A stretch of DNA of 54,542 nucleotides from an uncultured Succinivibrio sp. (GTDB lineage Bacteria > Pseudomonadota > Gammaproteobacteria > Enterobacterales > Succinivibrionaceae): NCBI GenBank assembly GCA_902772715.1, contig CACYBT010000294.1:1-54542 (forward strand), written 5' to 3'. The notes below the pieces were generated by a model, which worked only from the letters and a program-made list of their open reading frames with translations, was not told the DNA's origin and made no database searches. Position numbers and translations under genes: made by a program. This document shows positions 27,986 through 37,949 of this stretch, one piece after another; positions within the stretch are counted from its first letter, which is position 1; every line of letters starts with the position of its first letter.

Positions 27986-29386
27986 TTATATCTCTATAAG
28001 TGCCATTATGTTCCTAAGCTGGATATTCACTACATTGTTGAACTGAATCATATGATTTATTGTGGCATAATCAACCCAGAAGTAGCCGTCAGGAAGGATT
28101 CCCGCTTCCTCTGTTGATCCAATTTCTATAATTACATTCCTGTTCTGCTCATGATAGAAGCGTCCACCTTCTTCCGAAAGAAGGTTGTCAAAGAGGACAT
28201 TCTGCTTTTTCTCAAGCCGCTCTAGGAAAAAATTGTCGATGATATTAAATGTTTTATTTTTTAATGCTATAGACTCAAGCTGTACAGCAGGACCAAGTTC
28301 TGCCCCATCAAAACTGCCGGTCTCTGGTTTAATTTTTATCAGAAACTTGCGAACACCATCCTCAACTGTTGTCAGGCATCCGAAAAGGGCAATGCCCGTT
28401 GCTTCCACCAGGGGCTGCTCCCATTTGCGGACTTCCCGGCCTTCTATTTCTATTTTGCAGTATATAACCTTAAAGTCATATGGATTCTTACACTCTATTC
28501 CCATGGGGGTAATAACCCAGTTTTCCAGCGCTTTCAACGGAACAGTCCTAAACTCTGAATCATTAAGCATCTTGTAATCGTTAAGGCGGTTGAAAATCAA
28601 ATGCTCTTTTGGTTGGTCAGAACCTCCAAAAACAGAGGCAAAAAACGATTTGTCCTCAAATAGTCCTTCAATTTGGGCAAATTCTTCAGGCTCAAGCAAT
28701 TCTTTTGACAAAGGGATACAGGAGAGTACTGTCCTGGAATCCATATTGACCAGGTTTTCATATCTCATGCATTCCTTAATCTGTCCAAGGGTCATCCACT
28801 TATGGCTGGGAAGAACATCTATTTTTACATCTTTATCAACATACACAATAATGTTTCTGTTCCGCTTGCCCAGGAACCTGGAAGCCTGTTCTGACTGAAG
28901 CTGATCTGCAATTATTGTGTATTTCTTTGCATTCTTGAAATAATCTAAATATGCAGGGACAGCACCGCCATGCTTTTGGGTAAAGTTGCTTTTTGTGGCC
29001 TGGATAGTTGGAGAAAGCTGAATAACATTCACATTTCCTGGCTCCACTTTCGCCTGCATCAGAAAGTTCAGTTCGCCATCAATCATCTGACATAGGATGC
29101 CTAGAAACCCGACCTCTTTCTGAAGAATTATAGGTTGTTCCCGGACTACTTTATTATCTGCTATCTCCTGATACCCTGCCAGCTGGAAAAAGCTGCCATT
29201 GGTATTACGGATATATCCATCGGCCTCATCATAATGCCAGAATCCATCATAGGAAAATGGAATCTTCTGAATATCGACTTTCAGGTTATTATTTCTGAAT
29301 GCAACCCAATTAAATATATCCTCCATTGAGTTGACGTTTCCAGTCTTATCCTTCCAAGAACGAATCAGCTCATATGTGATGCTCAT
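27986..29386 (-). CDS. NDP-hexose 2,3-dehydratase (EvaA-type, duplicated domain)
   Basis: QPII.Q.EVG.LG, QAKVEPGN..QLSPTIQATKSN, QSEQ.SRF..KRNRN and SEEGGRFYHEQN motifs. Confidence 0.92.
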   Translation of the reverse strand: MSITYELIRSWKDKTGNVNSMEDIFNWVAFRNNNLKVDIQKIPFSYDGFWHYDEADGYIRNTNGSFFQLAGYQEIADNKVVREQPIILQKEVGFLGILCQMIDGELNFLMQAKVEPGNVNVIQLSPTIQATKSNFTQKHGGAVPAYLDYFKNAKKYTIIADQLQSEQASRFLGKRNRNIIVYVDKDVKIDVLPSHKWMTLGQIKECMRYENLVNMDSRTVLSCIPLSKELLEPEEFAQIEGLFEDKSFFASVFGGSDQPKEHLIFNRLNDYKMLNDSEFRTVPLKALENWVITPMGIECKNPYDFKVIYCKIEIEGREVRKWEQPLVEATGIALFGCLTTVEDGVRKFLIKIKPETGSFDGAELGPAVQLESIALKNKTFNIIDNFFLERLEKKQNVLFDNLLSEEGGRFYHEQNRNVIIEIGSTEEAGILPDGYFWVDYATINHMIQFNNVVNIQLRNIMALIEI

Positions 29387-30354
29387 CTCTGTTGTGTTCC
29401 CTTCTCTCTTATGGTATCAACTAATTTTGACTGAAGAAGAATCTCGTCATACATTGCATGACGTTTTTCCGGGGTGCATACCTCTTCCTTAAATGCTTCT
29501 ATAGAGTGGGCAAAGCTCGAATCATCTGCAAGAATAATTTCTTTCTTTTCCGCTCCTTTTTCAATTATGACTGTCGGATTAAACCCTACTGGTGCAGTAA
29601 AAATCCTATTTGTAAACAGCCTTCCGGCACTTCCCCATATATCAAGACTGCACATATATTGGCAGTCCATACCAAAGCCCACCTGGCATATCAAACCATC
29701 AGCGTTTGAAAAAGAAGCGCTTCCATACATATCTACTTCGTACCCTGCTTTCTTGTTCAGCTGAGCAGAATCTACTTTGATGGATGATCCCAGAAGTTCT
29801 GTGGCAAGCTTGACAGTATAACCTCCTGCATCCAGCAGAGCACCGCCACCTAATGCTTTGTTATATCTAAAATCATTCTGAGCCCGCATAGGAAACCCGA
29901 AGTTTGCCCTGATAAGACGAAGTTCACCTATCTCTCCAGAAGCAAGTATTCTCTTGATCTCTCCAATTTGGGAATGATATTTGAACATATAATTTTCGTG
30001 GAGAGCCAGCCCTTTTTCCTTGGCTGCTTTAATTAATTTTTCTGAATCGGTAAAACAGGTGGTAGACGGTTTTTCAACCAATACATGCTTTCCTGCATCC
30101 AATGCTTTCATAGCCCACTTAAAATGCAATGCCGGGGGCTGGGGAACATATATTGAATCTATATCTTTTCTTTCAATAAGCTGTTCAAACGAAGCCATAC
30201 CATCTATTGAATATTCTGAACAGAAAACATCCAGCTTTGCCGGGGCATATTCTTCTGCGACAGCAACAGCACATATATCACTTACCTCTTGCAGGGCTGG
30301 CATAAAACGGCGGAATGCAATCTCAGAGCAGCCTACAATACCTATTCGAATCAT
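29383..30354 (-). CDS. Gfo/Idh/MocA oxidoreductase, probable NDP-hexose 3-ketoreductase
   Basis: GCSEIAFRRFMPA, HVLVEKP, ENYMF and GGGALLDAGGY; coupled to the 2,3-dehydratase. Confidence 0.82.
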   Translation of the reverse strand: MIRIGIVGCSEIAFRRFMPALQEVSDICAVAVAEEYAPAKLDVFCSEYSIDGMASFEQLIERKDIDSIYVPQPPALHFKWAMKALDAGKHVLVEKPSTTCFTDSEKLIKAAKEKGLALHENYMFKYHSQIGEIKRILASGEIGELRLIRANFGFPMRAQNDFRYNKALGGGALLDAGGYTVKLATELLGSSIKVDSAQLNKKAGYEVDMYGSASFSNADGLICQVGFGMDCQYMCSLDIWGSAGRLFTNRIFTAPVGFNPTVIIEKGAEKKEIILADDSSFAHSIEAFKEEVCTPEKRHAMYDEILLQSKLVDTIREKGTQQR

Positions 30355-31422
30355 TTATCTGTCCTTATAATTCTTTTCTATCCACTTAAGATATTCGCCA
30401 GAACGGATAGACTCTGCCCATTTAATATTGTCCAGGTACCAGCGCACTGTCTTTCTGAGTCCCCGGTTAAAGTCTACCGACTGTCTCCAGTCCAGCTCCT
30501 TTTTAAGCTTTGAGCAGTCTATGGCATAGCGGCGATCATGTCCCGGTCTGTCTTTCACAAAAGTTATAAGCCCTTTGATTTCTGCTTCATCAGCTCCAGT
30601 CTCCTGTGCGAATATTTCACACAGAGTATTCACAAGCTTAATGTTCTCCCATTCATTCTCGCCGCCTATGTTGTAACTCTCGCCTATCTTGCCATTCTGT
30701 AGCACAGTCCAGACTGCACTATTGTGGTCTTCCACATAGAGCCAGTCACGGATATTCTTTCCATCTCCATAGACAGGAAGTGGCTTTCTGTCCCGCATGT
30801 TATAGATCATCACAGGGATAAGCTTTTCTGGGAACTGATATGGGCCATAATTGTTAGAACAATTAGTCAAAGTAATCGGCAAGCCATAAGTATGAAAATA
30901 TGCACGAACTAAGTGATCACTGGATGCTTTGGAAGAACTGTAGGGGCTCCTAGGATCATAGGCTGTGGTCTCGGTAAAATAACCAACTGCCCCAAGACTG
31001 CCAAACACCTCATCGGTGCTGACATGGTGGAATCGCACATCTTTTCTATCTTTCCAGACAGAACAGCAGGCCTCCAGCAGAGCAAAGGTACCATTTATAT
31101 TGGTCCTGATAAATTCTCCCGGACCAATAATGCTGCGGTCCACATGACTCTCTGCCGCAAGATGGATGATTGCATCTACATCATACTGTTTAAAGATCCG
31201 TACATCGTTGTCGTAGTCACATATATCACCATGTTCAAAGAAATATCGCTTGCCATGCTCTTTCTGCTCGATATCCACAATATTCAACGGATTCCCGGCA
31301 TAAGTCAACTTATCTAAGTTGATAATGCGACCAGTGAAATCAGTTTTCTCAAAGATGTAGCGAATCAGGTTGCTGCCAATGAAGCCAGCACCACCAGTTA
31401 TAAGGATATTATTGAACTTCAT
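30355..31422 (-). CDS. rmlB: dTDP-glucose 4,6-dehydratase
   Basis: [35 protein letters not shown] and DRPGHDRRY motifs. Confidence 0.95.
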   Translation of the reverse strand: MKFNNILITGGAGFIGSNLIRYIFEKTDFTGRIINLDKLTYAGNPLNIVDIEQKEHGKRYFFEHGDICDYDNDVRIFKQYDVDAIIHLAAESHVDRSIIGPGEFIRTNINGTFALLEACCSVWKDRKDVRFHHVSTDEVFGSLGAVGYFTETTAYDPRSPYSSSKASSDHLVRAYFHTYGLPITLTNCSNNYGPYQFPEKLIPVMIYNMRDRKPLPVYGDGKNIRDWLYVEDHNSAVWTVLQNGKIGESYNIGGENEWENIKLVNTLCEIFAQETGADEAEIKGLITFVKDRPGHDRRYAIDCSKLKKELDWRQSVDFNRGLRKTVRWYLDNIKWAESIRSGEYLKWIEKNYKDR

Positions 31423-32297
31423 AATACATTCTTTGCAATAAATTTAAGGTATGCACCATAATCGGTCTTATAACCAGATGCCAGTTTAAGGAGCTGCTCT
31501 TTTGTTATCCACTTCTTGCGGTATGCAATCTCTTCGATACAGGAGATATACAGTCCCTGTCTTTTCTGGATTGTGGCCACATAATTTGAAGCCTCAAGGA
31601 GACCATCATAAGTTCCAGTATCAAGCCAAGCAGAACCACGGCCCAAGAGCTGGACCTTAAGTCGGTCTTCATTCATATAGTCGTTATTTACAGAGGTTAT
31701 TTCTATTTCACCTCGCGCAGAAGGCTTTGTGTTTTCTGCTTTTTGGATAACATCATTAGGATAGAAATATAAACCAGGAACAGCATAGTTGGATTTTGGC
31801 TTGGCGGGCTTTTCTTCTATGGAGATTGCTTTCCACTTATCATCAAACTCTACTACACCATAGGCAGTTGGGTCTTTAACATAGTATCCAAAGATAACTG
31901 CATTCTTTGTCTTTTCAACAATCTCTCTGCTCTGCCGTAATGTAGGGGATAAGCCCTGCCCGTAGAAGATATTGTCACCAAGAATCAAAACAACGGAATC
32001 CTTGCCAATAAAGTCTTTGCCCAAGATAAATGCATCGGCAAGGCCCTTGGGAGTTTCCTGAATCTTGTACTGAAACTTCATTCCAAGGTTTTCTCCGGCA
32101 CCCAGAAGTCTTTCATAAAGGAACAGATCGCTTCTGGTAGAGATAATAAGGATATCCTTGATTCCTGCCAGCATAAGTACCGACAGCGGATAATAAATCA
32201 TTGGCTTGTCATAGATAGGCAAAAGCTGCTTTGATATAGCCTTTGTTATCGGATACAGCCGGGTTCCGGCACCACCTGCAAGAATAATACCTTTCAT
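31419..32297 (-). CDS. rmlA: Glucose-1-phosphate thymidylyltransferase
   Basis: [28 protein letters not shown] and WLDTGT motifs. Confidence 0.95.
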   Translation of the reverse strand: MKGIILAGGAGTRLYPITKAISKQLLPIYDKPMIYYPLSVLMLAGIKDILIISTRSDLFLYERLLGAGENLGMKFQYKIQETPKGLADAFILGKDFIGKDSVVLILGDNIFYGQGLSPTLRQSREIVEKTKNAVIFGYYVKDPTAYGVVEFDDKWKAISIEEKPAKPKSNYAVPGLYFYPNDVIQKAENTKPSARGEIEITSVNNDYMNEDRLKVQLLGRGSAWLDTGTYDGLLEASNYVATIQKRQGLYISCIEEIAYRKKWITKEQLLKLASGYKTDYGAYLKFIAKNVL

Positions 32298-33256
32298 TTT
32301 TTCTCATTCTCCCAATTCAATCGTTCTTCTTCAATTACTAAAGGTCTATTCATAAGCCTTTGATTCATACTCATTATATATTCGCCTAAAAAACCTATGA
32401 AAAATAACTGCATGGAGCCTAAAAAGAATACGCCGACTACAAGAGAAGCAAGTCCCAAGGGCATATCATTCCAATGTAGCAGCTTTCGAATCAATCCTAT
32501 AACAGCAATCAAGAAACTGCCACAAGCCATAAACATACCAGCAAAAGTTGCGATTCTAAGCCCTGCTTTGGTATAACTTGTGAACGACAGCATAGCTGCA
32601 TCGTATAGCCGATAAAAATTGAACTTTGATTTACCACTTCGGCGCTTGGCATGGTGATATGGCAAAGTGGTTATTTTATATCCAACCTCTGCTACTAATC
32701 CTCTTAAAAAAGGAATTGGATCGTTAAGCTTTCTGATTGTTTCTATAAAAGTCTTATCATATAGACCAAAACCAGTAAAATGATCTATCTGTTTTATAGA
32801 GGATGATTCTATAGAAGACATCTTCCGAATCATTTTATAATAACAAGTTCGTATAAATCGAATAATTTTGTTCTCATCATCAGAAGTTTTTTGTGTAGAA
32901 ACTATTTTTGCCCCGTTTTCCCACTCGTGAATAAACATTGGAATCATATCCACAGGGTCTTGGAAATCACTGCTAATATTGATTACACAGTCCCCATCCA
33001 GTTGCATTAAACCATAACATGCCGAATTAAAAATTCCAAAGTTGCGGGCATTAAATATTGCTTTAATCTTGGGATTATTTTTGCATAAATCTCTTATAAA
33101 CAATCGAGTGTTGTCAGTAGAACAGTTATCAATAAAACATATTTCATAGTCATACTGAGAACAATTGGTTTTAAGCTGTTCTTCAATTGCCTGACTTATA
33201 GGAATAACATTGTCCTCTTCGTTATAACAAGGAACTAAAACACTAATTTTTTTCAT
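32294..33256 (-). CDS. GT2 bactoprenol glycosyltransferase (GtrB-like)
   Basis: VPCYNE, DNCSTD, RNFG and DFQDP motifs; two C-terminal TMs; immediately downstream of gtrA. Confidence 0.88.
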   Translation of the reverse strand: MKKISVLVPCYNEEDNVIPISQAIEEQLKTNCSQYDYEICFIDNCSTDNTRLFIRDLCKNNPKIKAIFNARNFGIFNSACYGLMQLDGDCVINISSDFQDPVDMIPMFIHEWENGAKIVSTQKTSDDENKIIRFIRTCYYKMIRKMSSIESSSIKQIDHFTGFGLYDKTFIETIRKLNDPIPFLRGLVAEVGYKITTLPYHHAKRRSGKSKFNFYRLYDAAMLSFTSYTKAGLRIATFAGMFMACGSFLIAVIGLIRKLLHWNDMPLGLASLVVGVFFLGSMQLFFIGFLGEYIMSMNQRLMNRPLVIEEERLNWENEKK

Positions 33257-33266
33257 AAATGTTCTC

Positions 33267-33659
33267 CTACATTTTATAAGCCCATTTTTTATTTATAACA
33301 AAATTAGTTGGTACTGTTATTATTAAAGATAATAAAGGGGCAATATATTTTGAGATATATAATTTTTCCACAAAAACAAACAAAAGAACATTGCTTAATA
33401 TCAAACCAGTAGCTGCATATGCTAGATATGTTTTTGCTAGAGTATAATAAGGGTTTCGATACTCTCCGTTTTTCTTTTTAAAAACATAGCGAGAGCTCCA
33501 AAAAAACGAATTTAAAACACTAATAATAAAAGCTATAATATTTGCAATGATATATTGTATGCCAAGATAAGCCAGACAAAAATAAACGGAGTATGAAACA
33601 AAAGCATTTGAGATCCCGACTATTGAGAATTTAATAAATTGTAAAATAGGAATTTTCAT
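33267..33659 (-). CDS. gtrA: GtrA-family bactoprenol-sugar translocase
   Basis: 130 aa, four TMs, QFIKF.IVG..N, YVFK and NFVINKKW motifs. Confidence 0.9.
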   Translation of the reverse strand: MKIPILQFIKFSIVGISNAFVSYSVYFCLAYLGIQYIIANIIAFIISVLNSFFWSSRYVFKKKNGEYRNPYYTLAKTYLAYAATGLILSNVLLFVFVEKLYISKYIAPLLSLIITVPTNFVINKKWAYKM

Positions 33660-35404
33660 TTTACGATTTTATATGTATTTTTTTCTAAGATAATTATATT
33701 GTCAACATTCATTCTTTTAGCCTCTTCTAAGTCATTTACAATAGGCATCCCTAAATAAGCTGTTAAAGCCAAGGGGCTAATGGGGCCTAAAAACGAATCA
33801 TTACTTTTATATAATTTATTTATTTCACAGTTCTTTGACACAAATAAGCAATATTGTTTCTTTTTCCCTTCTGTTATTCTGTTTATTTTATTCAAGGTTT
33901 TATAGAAACGATTATCTACAATCTGCATATTACCCTGTTTTCTTATATTACTCTGCTCAATCAAGTACTGGGGAGCAACACTTCTATAAATTGAACCATA
34001 TTTATAGCTTTCATTTATAAAACTTTCGCCATATACCACCAAAAGCAATAAAACAATTATAATTTTTTTTTCTTTAGCAAGAATAGTAAATAACGATTGC
34101 AGCTCCCCGGAACATAATAAAAAAATCAAGGAGATAAATAATGCCGGAAGGAAAAAATAGTGTGCGCCACCACCTTCCATTTCAATAAAAACACCAGGAA
34201 GAATACTGCAAAACGATGTAATTAGTGCCGCTTCTGATAAAACAGCAGACCTTGTTTTAAAGAAACAGTTATATGGCTGTGATTTTTTTGATAGAAAAAA
34301 CAATACTAACGCTGGAAACAGAATAAAAAAGACATGGCTAACTTTATATTCGGGTGATACATATGTATTAATAAAGTGAAACCATGAAATTGATCGTTCC
34401 GTAACATTCTGGCTTTCCCGAATAAAAAGGGATAACGAAAAAAGCAGAAAAACAAAACACAAACCAATTGATAACAATGTTGAAAGCTTAAATCCATGTG
34501 TTCTGATAAATATCCAAGCAAGTAAAACAAAAAAGATTATTCCAACCGAAATTTTTGTTGCTGTTATAATAAAAAGAAATAATGGGGTAATAAAATAGCA
34601 AATGACTTTTTCGCTATTTTTTATAGTTTTTAATTTACCTATCACAAAAACATACAAAAGTAACAAAACAAACGAAACGCAACAAGATTCACTTAAGAAG
34701 ATATGAAACCACCAAATGCCTATCGCATTTAAGTATCGTAAAGGTAAAAAACCTACAATAACAAACACCGATAATATAACATCAGAAACAAAAATATTAT
34801 GACTTTTATTTAAATATTCACGAATAATTCCAATTGCCTGAAAAAATAAATAAGTAAATACTGGTAGAAAAACAACAGGATACAAATAATTGTATGTAAT
34901 CAAACATGGTATTTTTACTATTTTGCTGATAACAGCTAGAAAAACAATACTTAAGTAATGGTACTTATAATATTCTAGCCCCTGAGACAAGAGAGCTGGA
35001 TATCCAAAATTTTTTATTGCCTCACATAATGTAGAAAGATAAAATGTATCACTATTGCCAAGACCGTTAAAAAAAGCATATTCTGGGGCAAGTGTTAAAT
35101 ATGAATAAAACCATACAGATCGAATCATAAAAAAAACAACCAAAAGATATACCAAGAAGGAAACGATGTAAGCCTTTATTTCTTTTTTCTCTTTTACACT
35201 TTTTATTATTGAAAAAACAGTTATAGCAAACCAAAAAAATGTTATAAAAAAGCAAACAAAAATGACTCTCTTTGAATAATAAAAGCGAGGATTAATTAAA
35301 GATGTAAAAACAATAATGGATAAAATTAAACTAGTTCCAAAGGCAAGAAGTGAACTTAGTATATTTCTGTCCATCGATTTGACGGTTGATTGTTTTAATT
35401 CCAT
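33656..35404 (-). CDS. Multi-pass membrane protein, putative GtrC-like GT-C glycosyltransferase
   Basis: Many hydrophobic segments, DTFY....E.I...GYP loop; overlaps the gtrA start; paralog of 18440-20386. Confidence 0.6.
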   Translation of the reverse strand: MELKQSTVKSMDRNILSSLLAFGTSLILSIIVFTSLINPRFYYSKRVIFVCFFITFFWFAITVFSIIKSVKEKKEIKAYIVSFLVYLLVVFFMIRSVWFYSYLTLAPEYAFFNGLGNSDTFYLSTLCEAIKNFGYPALLSQGLEYYKYHYLSIVFLAVISKIVKIPCLITYNYLYPVVFLPVFTYLFFQAIGIIREYLNKSHNIFVSDVILSVFVIVGFLPLRYLNAIGIWWFHIFLSESCCVSFVLLLLYVFVIGKLKTIKNSEKVICYFITPLFLFIITATKISVGIIFFVLLAWIFIRTHGFKLSTLLSIGLCFVFLLFSLSLFIRESQNVTERSISWFHFINTYVSPEYKVSHVFFILFPALVLFFLSKKSQPYNCFFKTRSAVLSEAALITSFCSILPGVFIEMEGGGAHYFFLPALFISLIFLLCSGELQSLFTILAKEKKIIIVLLLLVVYGESFINESYKYGSIYRSVAPQYLIEQSNIRKQGNMQIVDNRFYKTLNKINRITEGKKKQYCLFVSKNCEINKLYKSNDSFLGPISPLALTAYLGMPIVNDLEEAKRMNVDNIIILEKNTYKIVK

Positions 35405-35416
35405 AGTTTTTCCTTT

Positions 35417-36496
35417 TTAAGAATTAAAATATTCTTTGATCTGCGCATTAGTCACTATTGCAGATTCTTTACCGCTTGAAATAGCTTTTTCCCATTCTAC
35501 TGTTTTTTCTATTGCCGTTTTAATATTCCATTTGGGTATCCATCCCAAACTTTTTTTTGCTTTTGTATTATCCAGTTTTAAGAAATTTGCCTCATGTGGT
35601 GCATTTTTTTCCTGCTCTGCATTCCACACTGCAGTACATCCCCAAGAATTACAGAACAGGGTTGCAAGCTCTCCTGTGGTGACACAGCTTTCATCATCTG
35701 GTCCAAAATTATATGAACCAGCAATTGCTTTATCAAAATACTGTTTTTGGGCAAGAAGCAGATACCCATACAGGCATTCTAAAACATGCTGATATGGTCT
35801 GATAGAATGTGGATTACGCAGTATTATTGATTGTCCTTGCTCTGTAGCTCGTATACAATCTGGAATAATTCTGTCAATAGCATAGTCGCCACCGCCAATC
35901 ACATTTCCACTTCTGGCAGTTGATAATGCGGGAGATTCTAATGTATTAAAAAAAGAATTGCGATAACTATATGTCACAAGTTCACTGCAACTTTTACTGT
36001 TGGAATAAGGGTCATATCCACATAGTTCTTCTTCTTCTCTGTATCCAGATTTTCTCTCCTTGTTCAAATAAACTTTATCAGTAGTCACATTAACAACAGA
36101 TCTTATGGTTTTTACCTTTCTGATTGCTTCAAGAAGATTGACGGTCCCCATGACATTTGTTTCATATGTTAGGACAGGCTCTTTATAAGATGTTCTGACA
36201 ATTGGTTGGGCAGCTAGATGCAGAACTATATCGGGATTAGCTTCCTGCATTGCTGCAATAAGATTATTTCTATCTCTAATATCGCCAATAATTGAATGAA
36301 TTTGATTAAAGGTTTTTGTCTGTTCAAAGAGTGATGGTTTTGTTGGAGGTTCTAAAGAATATCCAAAAACTTCTGCTTTAAACTGAAGAAGAATCTGGGT
36401 GAGCCAAGTTCCTTTGAACCCAGTATTCCCCGTGATAAATACTTTTTTGTTTTTATAGAATGATTGTAGGTTTACCACTGATTCCATACCATCCAA
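35417..36496 (-). CDS. rfbG: CDP-glucose 4,6-dehydratase
   Basis: TGNTGFKGTWL, HLAAQP.VR.SY, TTDKVY, DPYSNSK and RPYQHVLE motifs. The true start may be a few codons downstream. Confidence 0.93.
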   Translation of the reverse strand: MDGMESVVNLQSFYKNKKVFITGNTGFKGTWLTQILLQFKAEVFGYSLEPPTKPSLFEQTKTFNQIHSIIGDIRDRNNLIAAMQEANPDIVLHLAAQPIVRTSYKEPVLTYETNVMGTVNLLEAIRKVKTIRSVVNVTTDKVYLNKERKSGYREEEELCGYDPYSNSKSCSELVTYSYRNSFFNTLESPALSTARSGNVIGGGDYAIDRIIPDCIRATEQGQSIILRNPHSIRPYQHVLECLYGYLLLAQKQYFDKAIAGSYNFGPDDESCVTTGELATLFCNSWGCTAVWNAEQEKNAPHEANFLKLDNTKAKKSLGWIPKWNIKTAIEKTVEWEKAISSGKESAIVTNAQIKEYFNS

Positions 36497-37257
36497 GGAG
36501 CCTTATGCTTTGACCACAAATCTGTCAACTCTTGTTTATCCTTAAGCATATCCATAGGATGCCAGAAACCAGAATGCTTATATGCATTCAGCTGGCCATC
36601 TTTTGCTAAGTTTTGGAGTGGTTCCTGCTCCCATATAATGGTTGGATCATTTTCTTTGATATAATCAAAAGCTCGATTATCACAGACAAAGAACCCCCCG
36701 TTTATCCAACCACCATCCCCTATGGGTTTTTCTTCAAACCTTCTTATTGCATTTTCTTTGTTTATGTCTAAAGCCCCAAAACGGCCAGATGGTTGTACTG
36801 CTGTTAATGTTACAAGTTTATTGGATTTCTCATGACACTCAATAAGTTTATTTATATTTATATCTGCAACTCCATCTCCATAGGTTAACATAAAAGGTTC
36901 TTTGTCAATATATTTCCGTGCCATTTTAATTCTCCCGCCGGTCATGGTATTCTGACCAGTATATAGCATGGTTACTGTCCAAGGTTCTGTTCTCATTTTA
37001 TGAATTTGAACATCATTATTTGCCATATCAATTGTAATATCAGAATAGCGGTTATAGTAATTTAAGAAGAAATCTTTAATAATGTGCCCTTTATATCCAG
37101 TTAAAATTATAAAATCGTTAAAACCATAATGACTATAGATTTTCATTATGTGCCAAAGAATTGGGTAATTTCCTATTTCAACCATAGGCTTAGGAATTCT
37201 TTGGGTTTCTTCGCCCAGCCTAGAACCTAGCCCTCCGGCAAGAATCAAAGTCTTCAT
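36472..37257 (-). CDS. rfbF: Glucose-1-phosphate cytidylyltransferase
   Basis: LAGGLGSRL.EET..PKPMVEIG, TYGDGV, WINGGFF and FWHPMD motifs. Confidence 0.95.
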   Translation of the reverse strand: MKTLILAGGLGSRLGEETQRIPKPMVEIGNYPILWHIMKIYSHYGFNDFIILTGYKGHIIKDFFLNYYNRYSDITIDMANNDVQIHKMRTEPWTVTMLYTGQNTMTGGRIKMARKYIDKEPFMLTYGDGVADININKLIECHEKSNKLVTLTAVQPSGRFGALDINKENAIRRFEEKPIGDGGWINGGFFVCDNRAFDYIKENDPTIIWEQEPLQNLAKDGQLNAYKHSGFWHPMDMLKDKQELTDLWSKHKAPWMVWNQW

Positions 37258-37781
37258 TTAGTATTCCTCTCCTTCAAAACAATAGCTCTTAACCATTGAT
37301 TTTCAGTGGTTTTATCACTTATTTTATATTGTTCACTATAAACAGCAAAATCTCCCTTGGGTAAATTAATATCTGTTTCTACATTTTTAAAAGCAACATT
37401 GTTTTTTCCGCAGGCATATTCCACAATAAAGCCCAGATCACTCTTGCCAACAAGGGCAACCGTCTTATATCCTGCAGTTATAGCTTCCGAAACAAGCTTT
37501 TCTATTCCAGCTTTGTATAATTGAATATCATCAATCGTCTTCTTAAAGGCTAAGTAGCTTTTCTTAAAAATTTCTTCCATACCAGCAGGGGATACCACAT
37601 AGCTTATGTTGCGACTGTTGATGCGCTTGGTAACAAGCCATCCTTTTTCCATAAGTCGCTTGAGAATAGCATTTACCATACCAAGAGAAATACCAGCCTT
37701 GTCTGCAAGTTCTCTTTGCTTTAATGAGTCATTATTGTAGATGTGTTCAAGAATGATTACTTCTTTATCCGAAGTGTACAT
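37254..37781 (-). CDS. Winged-helix (MarR-like, EPS-locus-associated) transcriptional regulator
   Basis: QRELADKAGISLGMVNAILKRL..KGW HTH and Y.VSPAG wing; first gene of the glycan operon; ATG at 37781 follows GAGGT. Confidence 0.85.
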   Translation of the reverse strand: MYTSDKEVIILEHIYNNDSLKQRELADKAGISLGMVNAILKRLMEKGWLVTKRINSRNISYVVSPAGMEEIFKKSYLAFKKTIDDIQLYKAGIEKLVSEAITAGYKTVALVGKSDLGFIVEYACGKNNVAFKNVETDINLPKGDFAVYSEQYKISDKTTENQWLRAIVLKERNTK

Positions 37782-37881
37782 ACGTGGGCATACCTCGCCC
37801 ATAGTTTTAGAAAAACTAAAAATAAACCACCCGTGTCCAAAGACGCCGCCGAAACCTGCTGTCCCCTTTCCAGGCAGATTT

Positions 37882-37926
37882 TGTTCAGTTATTGAACATT
37901 ATAAATGATATTGTCTTATTTGGCAA
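37882..37926 (-). promoter_or_regulatory. Sigma70 promoter of the glycan operon with overlapping palindromic operator
   Basis: Minus strand TTGCCA (37926-37921), 17 nt, TATAAT (37903-37898), then TGTTCA-N5-TGAACA at 37882-37898. Confidence 0.8.
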
Positions 37927-37949
37927 GTAAATATTTTTATTATGTATTT

